From an uncultured Lachnospiraceae bacterium (lineage in GTDB: Bacteria > Bacillota > Clostridia > Lachnospirales > Lachnospiraceae), in NCBI GenBank assembly GCA_910585555.1, contig CAJUFU010000001.1:5895-69894 (forward strand): a stretch of 64,000 nt of DNA, written 5' to 3'. Each line of letters opens with the position of its first letter. Position 1 is the stretch's first letter. The notes beneath the pieces are model-generated. The model was not told the DNA's origin. It was given only the letters and a program-made list of their open reading frames with translations, and ran no database searches. A program made the position numbers and the translations under genes. This document shows, in pieces, positions 43,938-54,714 of this stretch.

Positions 43938-44846
43938 ATGTCCAAAGTATATGAAATGTGCAATGATGTGGATTCCAAAGAGATTTTAGCCAAAAAGGAG
44001 CAGATGACTTTAGAAGAAAGGAAACGGTTGTTAGAAAGCATGAAAAGAGAAGGCGTTATTTCGGAAAAGGGAAAGAGAAATCACAGAGGAAAGATCGGGA
44101 AAACAGTAGGATGGGCGGCAGCGGCGGCAGTGCTTCTGGTGGTAATCATACCGAATGTATCCGCTGAGGCGGCGTATGCAATGGAACAGATTCCCATTCT
44201 GGGCAGTGTGATCAAAGCGGTAACAATCCGGGAATATCAGTATGAGAGTGAAAATCTTTCGGCCGATATACAAAAGGTGCAGTTGGAACAGAGCGGCGGC
44301 ACAGAAAATCTTAAAACCCAAGAGTCTATCACGACTATTAATGAGACGATTGAAGAGATGACGAACCGGTTGATTGAAAGATTTGAGGAGCAGGTGGAAG
44401 CGGGCGAAGACCATAGAGGAATCTATGTAGATCATGAGGTGGTGACAGATACGGATACATGGTTTACCCTTAGGATGAATGTGACGGAAGTTGCAGGAAG
44501 TGGTGCGCAGTATCAGTATTATTATCATATTGATAAGACAACGGGTGAAATAGCTTCCCTAAAGAATCTCTTTCAAGAGGGAGCAGATTTTGTCACGCCA
44601 ATCAGCGAGAATATTAAAGAACAGATGCGGGAGGCGATGGCAGAAGACGAAATGAAGATATATTGGATTGACTCTGAGGAAGATATGGGATTCCAGTTTG
44701 AGGCAATTAAGGAGGAGCAGAATTTCTATTTGAATGATAAGGGACAGATTGTAATCTGTTTTGATGAGTATGAGGTTGCACCTGGTTATATGGGGCTGGT
44801 GGAGTTTACGGTGGATGAGGAAGCGGTAGCCGGAATCCTAAAATAA
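43938..44846 (+). CDS. RsiV-like anti-sigma factor (TM plus DUF3298-type domain)
   Basis: TM helix followed by AYAM..IP.LG; C-terminal FY.N..G..VI.F..YEVAPGYMG. Confidence 0.85.
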   Translation: MSKVYEMCNDVDSKEILAKKEQMTLEERKRLLESMKREGVISEKGKRNHRGKIGKTVGWAAAAAVLLVVIIPNVSAEAAYAMEQIPILGSVIKAVTIREYQYESENLSADIQKVQLEQSGGTENLKTQESITTINETIEEMTNRLIERFEEQVEAGEDHRGIYVDHEVVTDTDTWFTLRMNVTEVAGSGAQYQYYYHIDKTTGEIASLKNLFQEGADFVTPISENIKEQMREAMAEDEMKIYWIDSEEDMGFQFEAIKEEQNFYLNDKGQIVICFDEYEVAPGYMGLVEFTVDEEAVAGILK

Positions 44847-44860
44847 TACCACAGGTGGGC

Positions 44861-44896
44861 TCAGGGCGTATAGACTTGTTTCTATACGCTCTGTTT
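44861..44896 (+). terminator. terminator after the anti-sigma gene
   Basis: CAGGGCGTATAGA/TCTATACGCTCTG stem. Confidence 0.65.
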
Positions 44897-45016
44897 CAGT
44901 TGTATATGTTTGGAATAATAAGTCAAACATTTCTTGTGGGAAAGTAAAAATGCTGATACAATGTAACAGGCAAGGCAAAAATAACATCAAATTAGGAAAG
45001 CGGAATTGAGGCAGCT

Positions 45017-45595
45017 ATGTATATTATCGCAGGTCTGGGAAATCCAGACAGACAGTATCAGAACACAAGACACAATGTAGGCTTTGATGTGATAGATGTG
45101 ATTGCAGACAAATATGACATCGCCATGGGAGAGAGGAAGCACAAGGCCATAATCGGTAAAGGTTATATAGCCGGGCAGAAGGTAGTGTTGGTGAAGCCTC
45201 AGACGTATATGAATTTGAGTGGTGAAAGCATAAGGGACGTCATAGACTTTTATAAAGTGGACGAGAAGAGTGAGCTCATTGTGATTTCCGATGATGTCAG
45301 CCTGGATGTGGGCCGGATTCGGATTCGGAAAAAGGGAAGTGCCGGCGGCCACAATGGGCTTAAAAATATTATGAAACATCTGGGTCATGATGAGTTTATC
45401 AGAATGAGAATGGGCGTGGGAGAAAAACCATCAGGATATGATCTGGCGGATTATGTGCTGGGGCATTTCACACAAAAAGAACGTGAAGTGATGGATGCAG
45501 GAATCCAGAACGCGGCGGCGGCCATAGAGATTATGATCACACAAGGGCCGGAAGCAGCCATGAATCTGTATAACAAGAAAGTGCAGGAGGTTTGA
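45017..45595 (+). CDS. pth: peptidyl-tRNA hydrolase
   Basis: GLGNP, TRHNVGF, YMNLSG and GGHNGLK motifs. Confidence 0.97.
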   Translation: MYIIAGLGNPDRQYQNTRHNVGFDVIDVIADKYDIAMGERKHKAIIGKGYIAGQKVVLVKPQTYMNLSGESIRDVIDFYKVDEKSELIVISDDVSLDVGRIRIRKKGSAGGHNGLKNIMKHLGHDEFIRMRMGVGEKPSGYDLADYVLGHFTQKEREVMDAGIQNAAAAIEIMITQGPEAAMNLYNKKVQEV

Positions 45596-45596
45596 T

Positions 45597-48500
45597 GTGA
45601 GGGCATTACTGGCTCCCTTAGAAGAGTTGGGAGAATATGAAGAGATTAAGAAGCTTCTTAGCAAAGACCAGGCGGCGGTGGGCTTAAGCGGATGTGTGGA
45701 TTCCCAGAAGCTGCATATGGTCTATGGACTAGGCGAGGGCTTTCGGAATAAGATTATTGTCACGTTCAATGATCTGAAGGCGAAGGAGCTGTATGAGGAT
45801 TATCAATTTTATGACAGGAATGTCATGTTTTATCCGGCCAAAGACCTGATTTTCTTTCAGGCAGACATACACGGCAACCAGCTGACCATGGAGCGTATCA
45901 AATGTCTGCGCAGATTGCTGGAAGGCGCGCCGGTGACAGTAATCACCACATATGATGCGCTGATGGCGCCGCAAGTACCTATAAAGGTCTGGAAAGAGCA
46001 TGTAATTTCCATTGATAAAAACAGCAGTCTTGTGGAGCGTGATTTGGCGGCCAGTCTTGTGGAGCTGGGATATGAAAAGAATTATCAGGTGGAAGCACCG
46101 GGACAGTTCAGTATCCGGGGCGGGATTGTGGATATTTTTGATCTCACAGAAGAGAACCCGTATCGGATTGAATTATGGGGAGAAGAGGTAGAATCAATCC
46201 GCAGTTTTGATATCTTAAGCCAGCGCTCTATCGAAAAATTAGAGTCCATCACCATCTATCCTGCTACGGAGATTATTCTGTCCAGGGAGGAGCTTAGGGC
46301 TGGTTTGGAGAAGGTGAAGAAAGAAGGAAAGAAGCAGGCGCAGGTGCTCAGAGGGCAGATGAAGACGGAAGAGGCTCACCGCATTGAGACGCAGGTGAAG
46401 GAACTTGTGGAAGAACTTTTGGAACTTGGCCTTTCCCGAAATGTGGTGAATCTGGAAAGCTATGTGCGGTACTTTTACGCTGAACTTGAGACCTTTTTGG
46501 ACTATTTTGAGGGGAAGAACAGCTGTATTTTCCTGGATGAACCGCTCCGCATCAAGGAGCACACGGACGCGGTGGAGATGGAATTTCGGGAGAGTATGAC
46601 ACACAGGGTGCAAAAGGGCTATATCCTGCCGGGACAGATGGATATCCTCCTTGGTACGGACGAGGTGGGAGCGAAAATCGCGTCCCGCAGAGTGGTCACA
46701 CTTTCTACCATGGACGGGCGCAATCCCCTTTTTAAGACAGAAAAGAAGTTTGCAGTGCAGGCGCGGAGCCTTTCATCCTATAATAATAGTTTCGAGTCCC
46801 TGGTCAGAGATTTGACGGCCTATAAAAGAAAGGGTTACCGCATCTTGCTTTTGTCCGGGTCAAGAACCAGAGCCAGGCGCCTTGCGGAAGACTTGCGGGA
46901 GCAGGAAATCAGTGCTTTCTATACGGAAGACCCCATGCGGGAGGTACAGCCGGGGGAGGTTATGACCTATTATGGCAGGGCGCTTAAGGGGTTTGAGTAT
47001 CCTTTGCTACAGTTTATGGTGATTGCAGAGAGTGATATCTTTGGCGCACCGAAGAAGAAAAAAAGAAAGAAAAAAATATATGAAGGTCAGAAAATCAATG
47101 ACTTCAATGGACTGCGGGTGGGGGACTATGTGGTTCATGAGAGCCACGGCCTTGGTATCTATCAGGGAATCGAGAAGGTAGAAGTAGATCACATCGTCAA
47201 GGATTACATGAAGATATCCTACCGGGACGGCGGCGTTTTATATGTACTGGCTACGGGGCTGGATGTGATTCAGAAATATGCCTCAGCGGATGCGGGGGCG
47301 AAACCGAAGCTTAATAAGCTGGGAACCCAGGAGTGGACAAAGACTAAGTCGAAAGTCCGTACCGCAGTAGACGAAGTGGCACAGGATTTGGTGGAACTTT
47401 ATGCCCTGAGACAGCAGAGCGAGGGCTTTAGATATGGCAAGGATACGGTGTGGCAGAGGGAGTTCGAGGAAATGTTTCCCTTTGAGGAGACGGAAGACCA
47501 GCTTGCGGCGATTGCGGCCACCAAGGACGATATGGAAAGCGGCAAGGTTATGGACCGGCTGATTTGCGGCGATGTGGGTTACGGCAAGACAGAGATTGCA
47601 ATCCGCGCCGCCTTCAAGGCAGTGCAGGAGGGCAAACAGGTGGTGTATCTGGTGCCTACGACGATTTTAGCCCAGCAGCATTATAATACTTTTATACAGA
47701 GGATGAAAGATTTTCCGGTGCGGATAGATCTGCTGTCCAGATTCCGCACGGCGGCGGAGCAGAAAAAGACCATAGTGGATTTGAAAAAGGGCATGGTGGA
47801 TATTGTCATCGGCACCCACAGGGTGCTCTCTGCAGATGTTCAGTATAAAGATCTGGGCCTTCTTATTATTGATGAGGAACAGCGGTTCGGTGTGACACAT
47901 AAGGAAAAGATTAAGAAGCTCAAAGAGAATGTGGATGTACTGACATTGACGGCAACGCCTATTCCCCGGACATTGCATATGAGCCTGGTAGGAATCCGGG
48001 ATATGAGTGTCTTAGAGGAGGCGCCCGATGAGAGGCAGCCGATTCAGACCTTTGTCTGTGAATACAATGAAGAATTGGTGCGGGAGGCGATCGTCAGAGA
48101 ACTGTCCAGGGAGGGGCAGGTTTATTACGTTTATAACCGGGTAAATAATATTGCAGATATTGCGGTATCCATCCAGAAGCTGGTGCCGGAGGCTAATGTG
48201 GCTTTTGCCCATGGGCAGATGAAGGAGGCGGAACTGGAGCGGATTATGTACGACTTCATCAATGGGGAGATAGATGTATTGGTGGCTACCACCATCATTG
48301 AGACGGGGCTCGATATTTCCAATGTGAATACTATGATCATACATGATTCCGATCAGATGGGGTTATCTCAGCTTTATCAGCTCAGAGGCCGCGTAGGGCG
48401 TTCCAATCGTACGGCGTATGCTTTCTTGATGTATCGGAGAAATAAGCTGCTTAAAGAAGTGGCTGAAAAGCGTTTGGAAGCTATTCGGGAGTTTACGGAG

Positions 48501-49136
48501 CTTGGCAGCGGTTTTAAGATTGCCATGCGCGATTTGGAAATCCGGGGTGCAGGAACCTTATTGGGGCGCAGCCAGCATGGACATATGCAGGCAGTTGGCT
48601 ATGATCTGTATTGCAAGATGTTAAATGAGGCGGTGAAGAATCTGAAAGGGATTCCTACCCTGGAAGACTTTAATACGGTCATTGATGTGGATGTGGACGC
48701 TTATATTCCGCCCTCTTATATTGTCAATGAGGTGCAGAAACTGGATATTTATAAGCGGATTGCCGGGATTGAGGACGAGAGAGAATGCGAGGACATGCGG
48801 GAGGAACTTTTAGACCGCTTCGGAGAGATACCCAAATCAGCGGAGAATCTTCTGCGCATTGCCCTGATCAGATCTCATGCGCATAGACTCTATATGCCGG
48901 AAGTGAAGGGCAAAAATGAGATGATACGCTTTATCCTGCGCATGGATGCGCCTATCAGAGTGGAGAATATTCCTACCCTGATAGGGGCCTATGATGGCAA
49001 AATGAAGTTTGATCCTAAAGGAACACCCACATTCAGCCTGCGTTATAAAAAATGCGGTGTGATCGAGAAAGACGAAGAACTGCTGCTTGCGTTGACGGAA
49101 GGGGCCCTGGCCAAGATGGAGGAACTGTTTTTGTAG
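45597..49136 (+). CDS. mfd: transcription-repair coupling factor
   Basis: [25 protein letters not shown] and QLRGRVGR motifs. Confidence 0.98.
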   Translation: MRALLAPLEELGEYEEIKKLLSKDQAAVGLSGCVDSQKLHMVYGLGEGFRNKIIVTFNDLKAKELYEDYQFYDRNVMFYPAKDLIFFQADIHGNQLTMERIKCLRRLLEGAPVTVITTYDALMAPQVPIKVWKEHVISIDKNSSLVERDLAASLVELGYEKNYQVEAPGQFSIRGGIVDIFDLTEENPYRIELWGEEVESIRSFDILSQRSIEKLESITIYPATEIILSREELRAGLEKVKKEGKKQAQVLRGQMKTEEAHRIETQVKELVEELLELGLSRNVVNLESYVRYFYAELETFLDYFEGKNSCIFLDEPLRIKEHTDAVEMEFRESMTHRVQKGYILPGQMDILLGTDEVGAKIASRRVVTLSTMDGRNPLFKTEKKFAVQARSLSSYNNSFESLVRDLTAYKRKGYRILLLSGSRTRARRLAEDLREQEISAFYTEDPMREVQPGEVMTYYGRALKGFEYPLLQFMVIAESDIFGAPKKKKRKKKIYEGQKINDFNGLRVGDYVVHESHGLGIYQGIEKVEVDHIVKDYMKISYRDGGVLYVLATGLDVIQKYASADAGAKPKLNKLGTQEWTKTKSKVRTAVDEVAQDLVELYALRQQSEGFRYGKDTVWQREFEEMFPFEETEDQLAAIAATKDDMESGKVMDRLICGDVGYGKTEIAIRAAFKAVQEGKQVVYLVPTTILAQQHYNTFIQRMKDFPVRIDLLSRFRTAAEQKKTIVDLKKGMVDIVIGTHRVLSADVQYKDLGLLIIDEEQRFGVTHKEKIKKLKENVDVLTLTATPIPRTLHMSLVGIRDMSVLEEAPDERQPIQTFVCEYNEELVREAIVRELSREGQVYYVYNRVNNIADIAVSIQKLVPEANVAFAHGQMKEAELERIMYDFINGEIDVLVATTIIETGLDISNVNTMIIHDSDQMGLSQLYQLRGRVGRSNRTAYAFLMYRRNKLLKEVAEKRLEAIREFTELGSGFKIAMRDLEIRGAGTLLGRSQHGHMQAVGYDLYCKMLNEAVKNLKGIPTLEDFNTVIDVDVDAYIPPSYIVNEVQKLDIYKRIAGIEDERECEDMREELLDRFGEIPKSAENLLRIALIRSHAHRLYMPEVKGKNEMIRFILRMDAPIRVENIPTLIGAYDGKMKFDPKGTPTFSLRYKKCGVIEKDEELLLALTEGALAKMEELFL

Positions 49137-49261
49137 GAAACTGGAATGGAATAAAAGGCTGGATAAAAAAAGACTGTTGCATATTTCTCAATCAGTATGA
49201 TATAGTGGACGTAATTGTGAAATCATAGGGAAAAATTATGGGAAATATGGAGGTAGTAAAA

Positions 49262-49705
49262 ATGGCTGAGGAACATAAGAAAGGATTAAATGCCAAGCTG
49301 GTAGGAGATGATCTGGAGAATTGCTGCCGGAAAGCAGATGTCTGCGGCCAGTGTCAAAAAGATGACTGTATCATAGGGTATGGAAAGCAGTGTATCAACA
49401 ATTATAAGAAAGAGCCAAGGAAGGAAGTTATCAATGGAATGGAGAAAATTCCGGTAATGGACTTTAAGCTGTTTGACGAAGTGGAGCTGGAAACGGCGAT
49501 TGCACACATTTTGAAGGAGTGTAAAGACTGTAAACAAGAGCATACGGAAGACTGCATCATTAATGTCATACGCAGCTGCTATGAAGTAGGACTGCTGGGG
49601 GACGTGCAGCCGTATGAGGGCAGCGCATTGCAGTATCTAATCTATTTAAAAAATAATTTTCCTGATAAAGCTCTTTGCATTGCAGATGCATATAACAAGG
49701 GGTAG
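49262..49705 (+). CDS. Cys-rich hypothetical protein
   Basis: GGAGG RBS; two CxxC...DCII repeats. Confidence 0.8.
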   Translation: MAEEHKKGLNAKLVGDDLENCCRKADVCGQCQKDDCIIGYGKQCINNYKKEPRKEVINGMEKIPVMDFKLFDEVELETAIAHILKECKDCKQEHTEDCIINVIRSCYEVGLLGDVQPYEGSALQYLIYLKNNFPDKALCIADAYNKG

Positions 49706-49753
49706 ATGCCAAAGAAACGGCAGGATATTGTTTGTGGAAAAAAAGGATACATA

Positions 49754-49796
49754 TTGCTGACAATGATTTCCGACAGGATTTCGTTGTCAGCATTTT
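49754..49796 (+). terminator. terminator
   Basis: TGCTGACAATGA...TCGTTGTCAGCA stem followed by TTTTT. Confidence 0.7.
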
Positions 49797-50157
49797 TGCG
49801 ACAGTTTGGTCTTGTAATACTCTGTTTTTATAGCTTTTTCGAAATCTTTTAAAATATTCTTGCAAATATCTGCTTTGTGTTTTATAATAAACGAAACATT
49901 GACAGATTTTCTGAATCTGTTAAAAGTATCCAGGGAAAAGTTTTGAAAAAACTTCTCCGTCTTAAAAAGATTCTTTCCGATCATCGGAAACAATCCCTTA
50001 CTAATTGATGTTGAGTTGAATGAAGAGTTTCTTTGCGGTTATCTGTTTGGCTTGTCTATTAATCTGGAGATGATCTGCTATTCTTAGACTTTTATTTGAT
50101 ATTGCCGGGATTTCTCTTGTATTCAGTTCAATAAAACTGTATAATGGAGGAAAATAT

Positions 50158-51081
50158 ATGGCAAAACGAAACAAGAAGAAGTGGTACAGACACGGAAGCT
50201 GGTGGAGGAGACTTTGGTTTAACCGCAAGTACAAGGATGTTCTTTTCAGACATCTTTTTCGGGACAAACAGGACCTATTGGAGCTTTACAATGCCTTAAA
50301 TAATAGTACATACGAAAATCCCGAAGAATTGGAAGTAATCACTATGGAGGATGTGATTTTCATGAAGATGAAGAACGATTTGTCCTTTATCATTGGAAGT
50401 CATTTGAATCTTTATGAGCATCAGAGTACTTGGAATCCCAATATGCCGCTACGGGGACTGCTATATTTTGCACAGCAGTTTGAAGGATTGGTAAATGTTC
50501 GTGGGGATGATATCTATGGGAAAGGACGGATAGAACTTCCGACGCCGGTGTATATTGTTTTCTATAATGGAAGTGGTATGCATGGTGATAGTCTGATGCT
50601 ATATTTGTCGGATTCTTTTTCATCGGGACGTGGCAAAGGGTGTCTGGAGTGTACCTGTGAGGTTCTTAACATCAACCGTGGGCATAATCGTGCGCTGATG
50701 GATAAATGCCACCGGCTATGGGAGTACTCTGAGTTGTCGTCCGAAATTGAAGAGAACATTGGGAAAGGAATGCGGCGGGAGGAAGCGGTACATACCGCTG
50801 TGGATACCTGCATTGAGAGAGGAATCCTTAAGGATATCCTGTTAGCAGAGAAAGGGATGGTACTGCATATGCTTTTAACGGAATATGATGAGAAGAAGCA
50901 TTTGAAGAATACCTTTGAAGAGGGACGTAAAGAGGGTTTGGAGGAAGGTATAGAAAGAAAGCTCAGTGACCAGGTTCAGAAAAAAATTGCCAAGGGCAAA
51001 ACCATCTTGGAAATTGCCGAGGAACTGGAAGAGGAGATATCTGTTATTGAACGGCTGGTTTCCCGTAATAGAAAATCCTGA
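50158..51081 (+). CDS. Rpn/YhgA-like PD-(D/E)XK nuclease (putative transposase family)
   Basis: YKD.LF..LF, KNDLSF, YEHQST.NPNMPLR and FYNG motifs; C-terminal EEGRKEGLEEG repeat and HTH-like tail. Confidence 0.8.
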   Translation: MAKRNKKKWYRHGSWWRRLWFNRKYKDVLFRHLFRDKQDLLELYNALNNSTYENPEELEVITMEDVIFMKMKNDLSFIIGSHLNLYEHQSTWNPNMPLRGLLYFAQQFEGLVNVRGDDIYGKGRIELPTPVYIVFYNGSGMHGDSLMLYLSDSFSSGRGKGCLECTCEVLNINRGHNRALMDKCHRLWEYSELSSEIEENIGKGMRREEAVHTAVDTCIERGILKDILLAEKGMVLHMLLTEYDEKKHLKNTFEEGRKEGLEEGIERKLSDQVQKKIAKGKTILEIAEELEEEISVIERLVSRNRKS

Positions 51082-51097
51082 AAGGAACTAAGCACTT

Positions 51098-52234
51098 ATG
51101 ATCTATCTTGACAATGCGGCAACCACCAGGACTGCACCTGGGGTGGTGGAGGCGATGCTGCCATATTTTAGCGAGCATTATGGAAACGCCGGCAGTATAT
51201 ACGGGCTGGGGAGCAAAAGCAAAAGCGCGCTCAATAAGGCCAGGGAGACCATTGCCGGGACGCTGGGAGCACAGGCCAATGAGATTTATTTTACGGCGGG
51301 CGGCACCGAATCGGATAATTGGGCGCTTAAAGCGGTATACGAGTCCTGTTGCAGCAAAGGCAGACACATTATTACGTCTAAGGTTGAGCATCATGCTGTT
51401 TTGCATACTTGTGAGTATCTGGAAGAGCGTGGTGCCCAGATAACTTATCTGGATGTGACGCAGGATGGGCTGATTAGTCTGGAGCAATTAAAGAAGGCAA
51501 TCCGTCCGGATACTATTCTGATTTCTATTATGTATGCCAATAACGAGATAGGCACCATAGAGCCGATTGAAGAAATCGGAGAGGTTGCCAGAGAACATGG
51601 CATTCTTTTTCATACAGACGGGGTGCAGGCCTATGGACATCTGCCGATTGCGGTGGATAAGCTGCATATCGACCTTTTCTCTGCCAGCGGACATAAATTT
51701 AACGGGCCTAAAGGAGTGGGTTTTCTCTATGTGAATAGGAAGACAACACTGTGTTCCTTCATACATGGCGGGCAGCAGGAGCGGGGCAGACGCGCAGGGA
51801 CAGAGAATGTTCCGGGGATTGTGGGCATTGCGGCAGCGGCGAAACAGGCGGCGCTTCGTATGGAAGAAAGGGCAGCAACAGAGAGAAGGATGCGGGATTA
51901 CCTGATTGCGCGTATCAAAGAAAGGATTCCGGGGGCACAGTTGACTGGACACAAGTCGATGCGACTGCCGGGACATGCCAGTTTTTGTTTTGAGGGTATA
52001 GAGGGGGAGTCTGCGCTGATCATGTTGGATATGCAAGGCATCTGTGCATCTGGCGGTTCTGCGTGTACCACCGGGAATCCGGGACCGTCCCATGTATTGC
52101 AGGCGGCAGGAATCCCAGAGAAGCTGGCAAGGGGGGCGCTTAGGTTTTCGCTGAGCGAGGAAAATACCCTGGAAGAATTGGACGTGGTGGTGGAGGAGCT
52201 TTCTGGCATTGTGGAGAAACTGCGGGGAATATGA
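51098..52234 (+). CDS. iscS: cysteine desulfurase (IscS/NifS type)
   Basis: YLDNAATT, SGHKFNGPKG, RAGTEN and SGGSAC motifs. Confidence 0.93.
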   Translation: MIYLDNAATTRTAPGVVEAMLPYFSEHYGNAGSIYGLGSKSKSALNKARETIAGTLGAQANEIYFTAGGTESDNWALKAVYESCCSKGRHIITSKVEHHAVLHTCEYLEERGAQITYLDVTQDGLISLEQLKKAIRPDTILISIMYANNEIGTIEPIEEIGEVAREHGILFHTDGVQAYGHLPIAVDKLHIDLFSASGHKFNGPKGVGFLYVNRKTTLCSFIHGGQQERGRRAGTENVPGIVGIAAAAKQAALRMEERAATERRMRDYLIARIKERIPGAQLTGHKSMRLPGHASFCFEGIEGESALIMLDMQGICASGGSACTTGNPGPSHVLQAAGIPEKLARGALRFSLSEENTLEELDVVVEELSGIVEKLRGI

Positions 52235-52344
52235 GCTATATTCGGTTTTTATTGTGGTAAGAACATCTGCAATGGGTTGGGCGGCTGTCCTGCAACAGCA
52301 GTTTGCAATGGCTCCCGGAATGTCTTAGCGCATTAGTGAGGAAT

Positions 52345-53238
52345 TCATTCCGTTGTATCCAAGATGTCGCCTTTCAGAATATGATTATAACGAATAGAAC
52401 TGCCATCCTTCCACATCTGAACTTCGCCTTCCTCGATCCAGGAGTATGGGCCGACATAGTGCAAGGTGACAATGTTTCCCTCTGCATTTTCCACACCTTC
52501 CGTACATTCAAACAAACAGTAATTGGTATCGCCCACTTCCATGCAGAAACTGTCAGATTCTGCATAGTAGGCTTCTTCCATGCCTTTGCCGCCTTTCATT
52601 ACAAATTCATCATAAGTAAGCCCAATCTTTTCTTGGAGAAGACTGCTCACAGCCGTCTTGTCCATGACAAAAAAGTCTGTGTACAATTCATCCCTTCCAT
52701 TCCGTTTTAAAAAAGCCTGTATTTCTGCCTCTGTGCCATCCCGGGAAATGCCCGCGCCGCTATAGAATACTTCATAAAGATTGATATCAGTAGGCTTATC
52801 CCAATCAGACATTAAAAAACCGTAATTAGAAAAATCCTGTATTATTTCCGTATAGGTCTGCAATTCTGCCGGGGTTAGTTTTCGGTCAGTGAGAGAATCT
52901 TCTGTTGATACATCGTCTGGCTGTTCGGGGGAATCTACAAGAGAGCTTTCGTCTTCTGATGCAGTCGCTATCTGATTGGTGTTTTCGCTTTCCGAGGCTG
53001 AGGGCACCTGAAAGGATTTCCCGCTTTCTGTCAGGTCAGGTATTTCCTGAGAAGCTTTGCCCCGTTCCGTTGGATTAGAGTCGGCGGCTTGTGAATTGTC
53101 AGGATACTGGTCTGCTGTGTTGGCGTTACTGCCGGTTTGCGATGGTTCCTCTGCCTTGCTGCAGCCGGTACATATACCAAGTCCACAGATGACGAATGTG
53201 ATTGTCAGATATTTTTGAATGTTTGTATATTTTTGCAT
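52345..53238 (-). CDS. putative lipoprotein with a low-complexity acidic linker
   Basis: Signal peptide ending CTGC; AGGAGG RBS. Confidence 0.8.
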   Translation of the reverse strand: MQKYTNIQKYLTITFVICGLGICTGCSKAEEPSQTGSNANTADQYPDNSQAADSNPTERGKASQEIPDLTESGKSFQVPSASESENTNQIATASEDESSLVDSPEQPDDVSTEDSLTDRKLTPAELQTYTEIIQDFSNYGFLMSDWDKPTDINLYEVFYSGAGISRDGTEAEIQAFLKRNGRDELYTDFFVMDKTAVSSLLQEKIGLTYDEFVMKGGKGMEEAYYAESDSFCMEVGDTNYCLFECTEGVENAEGNIVTLHYVGPYSWIEEGEVQMWKDGSSIRYNHILKGDILDTTE

Positions 53239-53392
53239 AAGATACCTCCTGTTTTTGCAACGGCTTTCATAGATTCGTTGAACATATCTGATTATAGCAC
53301 TATAAAATAAGGTTTTATAGATTTATTTTGAAAAATCTGTCTGCCGGTTTATAGTCCGAAATATGGGACTCTATATGTGCTATCCTTTTAAA

Positions 53393-53404
53393 GAACAAAA
53401 GTTC
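53393..53404. promoter_or_regulatory. LexA (DinR) SOS box
   Basis: GAAC-AAAA-GTTC between a TG-TATCCT -10 box and an RBS. Confidence 0.7.
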
Positions 53405-53428
53405 GATAAAAGACAGGAGGACAGTATT

Positions 53429-53530
53429 ATGAAAGGATATGCAGTTGAGAGCGGGTATATGGGGTATGTGGATGGTGTGTATATGTTGTTTGCAAGTGAG
53501 ATGGATTATGAAGATTATATTGCAGATTAA
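53429..53530 (+). CDS. 33-aa small protein MKGYAVESGYMGYVDGVYMLFASEMDYEDYIAD (below the ORF-track cutoff)
   Basis: AGGAGG RBS 8 nt before ATG; TAA at 53528-53530. Confidence 0.75.
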   Translation: MKGYAVESGYMGYVDGVYMLFASEMDYEDYIAD

Positions 53531-53568
53531 TGGGCATAGTTTAAAGTACAGGTAGAAGGAAATTCCGC

Positions 53569-53670
53569 CGCTTATCCGAGTCTGCGAAGCGGATTTCGCA
53601 ATTGAGATTGGCCTGATTTGATGCAAGAGATTCTTTCGCTTATCCGAGTCCGCGAAGCAGATCTCGTAAT
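53569..53670. repeat. two REP-like X units
   Basis: CGCTTATCCGAGTC(T/C)GCGAAGC(G/A)GAT(T/C)TCG twice; matches the 10292 unit. Confidence 0.7.
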
Positions 53671-53838
53671 CGTGCTTTGCTCGATTATTTTTAGTTGATA
53701 GAAAGGGGTAAAATACAGTATACTAAAAGAGCAGTTTTTGCACAGTGCCGGGCAGAAACATATTTGCGAAACACCAGACATAGGTATAAGATAGGGCATA
53801 AGAGTGTAAGATTGGGTATATGCGAAGACGGAGCGTTT

Positions 53839-54606
53839 ATGATCAGGAAGATAGATGATATTTCGGTGAACTATATAGAGGAAGGAGAAGGTGATGTGGT
53901 GCTGCTGTTACATGGCTGGGGTGCCAATATTACCTTGTACCAGGGAATCATCGATACACTGAAGCGGGGCAGAAGAGTGATTGCGCTTGATCTGCCGGGA
54001 TTTGGGAAGACACCGGAGCCGGAGAGACCCTGGTGTGTGGATGATTATGTGGATTTTGTCCTCAAATTTATAGCTTCCTTTCGTCTTAAGAAGTTAAGCG
54101 TTGTGGTCCACTCATTTGGCGGACGGGTGTTTTTTAAGATGAATGCCAGAAAGAATCTGCCCTTTGTGGTGGACAGAGTGGTTTTGATTGACAGCGCGGG
54201 TATTTTGCCCAAGAAGACTCTGCGGCAGAAGATAAGCCTGCGGTGTTATAAGATGGGGCGGGCGTTTATGAGTACGAAAGTGATGCATTTCCTGTATCCG
54301 GATGCAGTGGAAGACATGCGGCGCAAGAGAGGTTCGGCTGATTATAACAGTGCCACACCTACTATGCGGGCAACGCTTGTAAAGGTAGTCAACGAGGATT
54401 TGGAGCCTTTGATTCATCTGGTGCAATGTCCGGCGCTTCTGATTTGGGGAGACTTGGATACGGCTACGCCGATAGAGGATGCGAGAAGGATGGAAGAACT
54501 GATTCCGGATGCTGGACTGGTGGTCTGTGAGGGAGCAGGGCATTTTTCCTTTGCCGAGCAGGCAGGGAAGGTAAATGGTGCGCTGCAGGCCTTTCTGATG
54601 GAATAA
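53839..54606 (+). CDS. alpha/beta hydrolase
   Basis: LHGWG, DLPGFG, HSFGG nucleophile, WG..D and GHF motifs. Confidence 0.9.
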   Translation: MIRKIDDISVNYIEEGEGDVVLLLHGWGANITLYQGIIDTLKRGRRVIALDLPGFGKTPEPERPWCVDDYVDFVLKFIASFRLKKLSVVVHSFGGRVFFKMNARKNLPFVVDRVVLIDSAGILPKKTLRQKISLRCYKMGRAFMSTKVMHFLYPDAVEDMRRKRGSADYNSATPTMRATLVKVVNEDLEPLIHLVQCPALLIWGDLDTATPIEDARRMEELIPDAGLVVCEGAGHFSFAEQAGKVNGALQAFLME

Positions 54607-54714
54607 AGGGTACTATTCCGGAAGATAAACACGGCAATGATGGGAACAGCGTATTTGTTATTTGCATGAGACTGCCGGCGCATGGCTGTTGTAAGAGAGG
54701 AAAGACAGAACATA

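Noticed and set aside
53695..53838. N-terminal extension of the alpha/beta hydrolase
   Set aside because: The fold starts at MIRKID after a GGAG RBS; the upstream part contains a promoter-like TATACT
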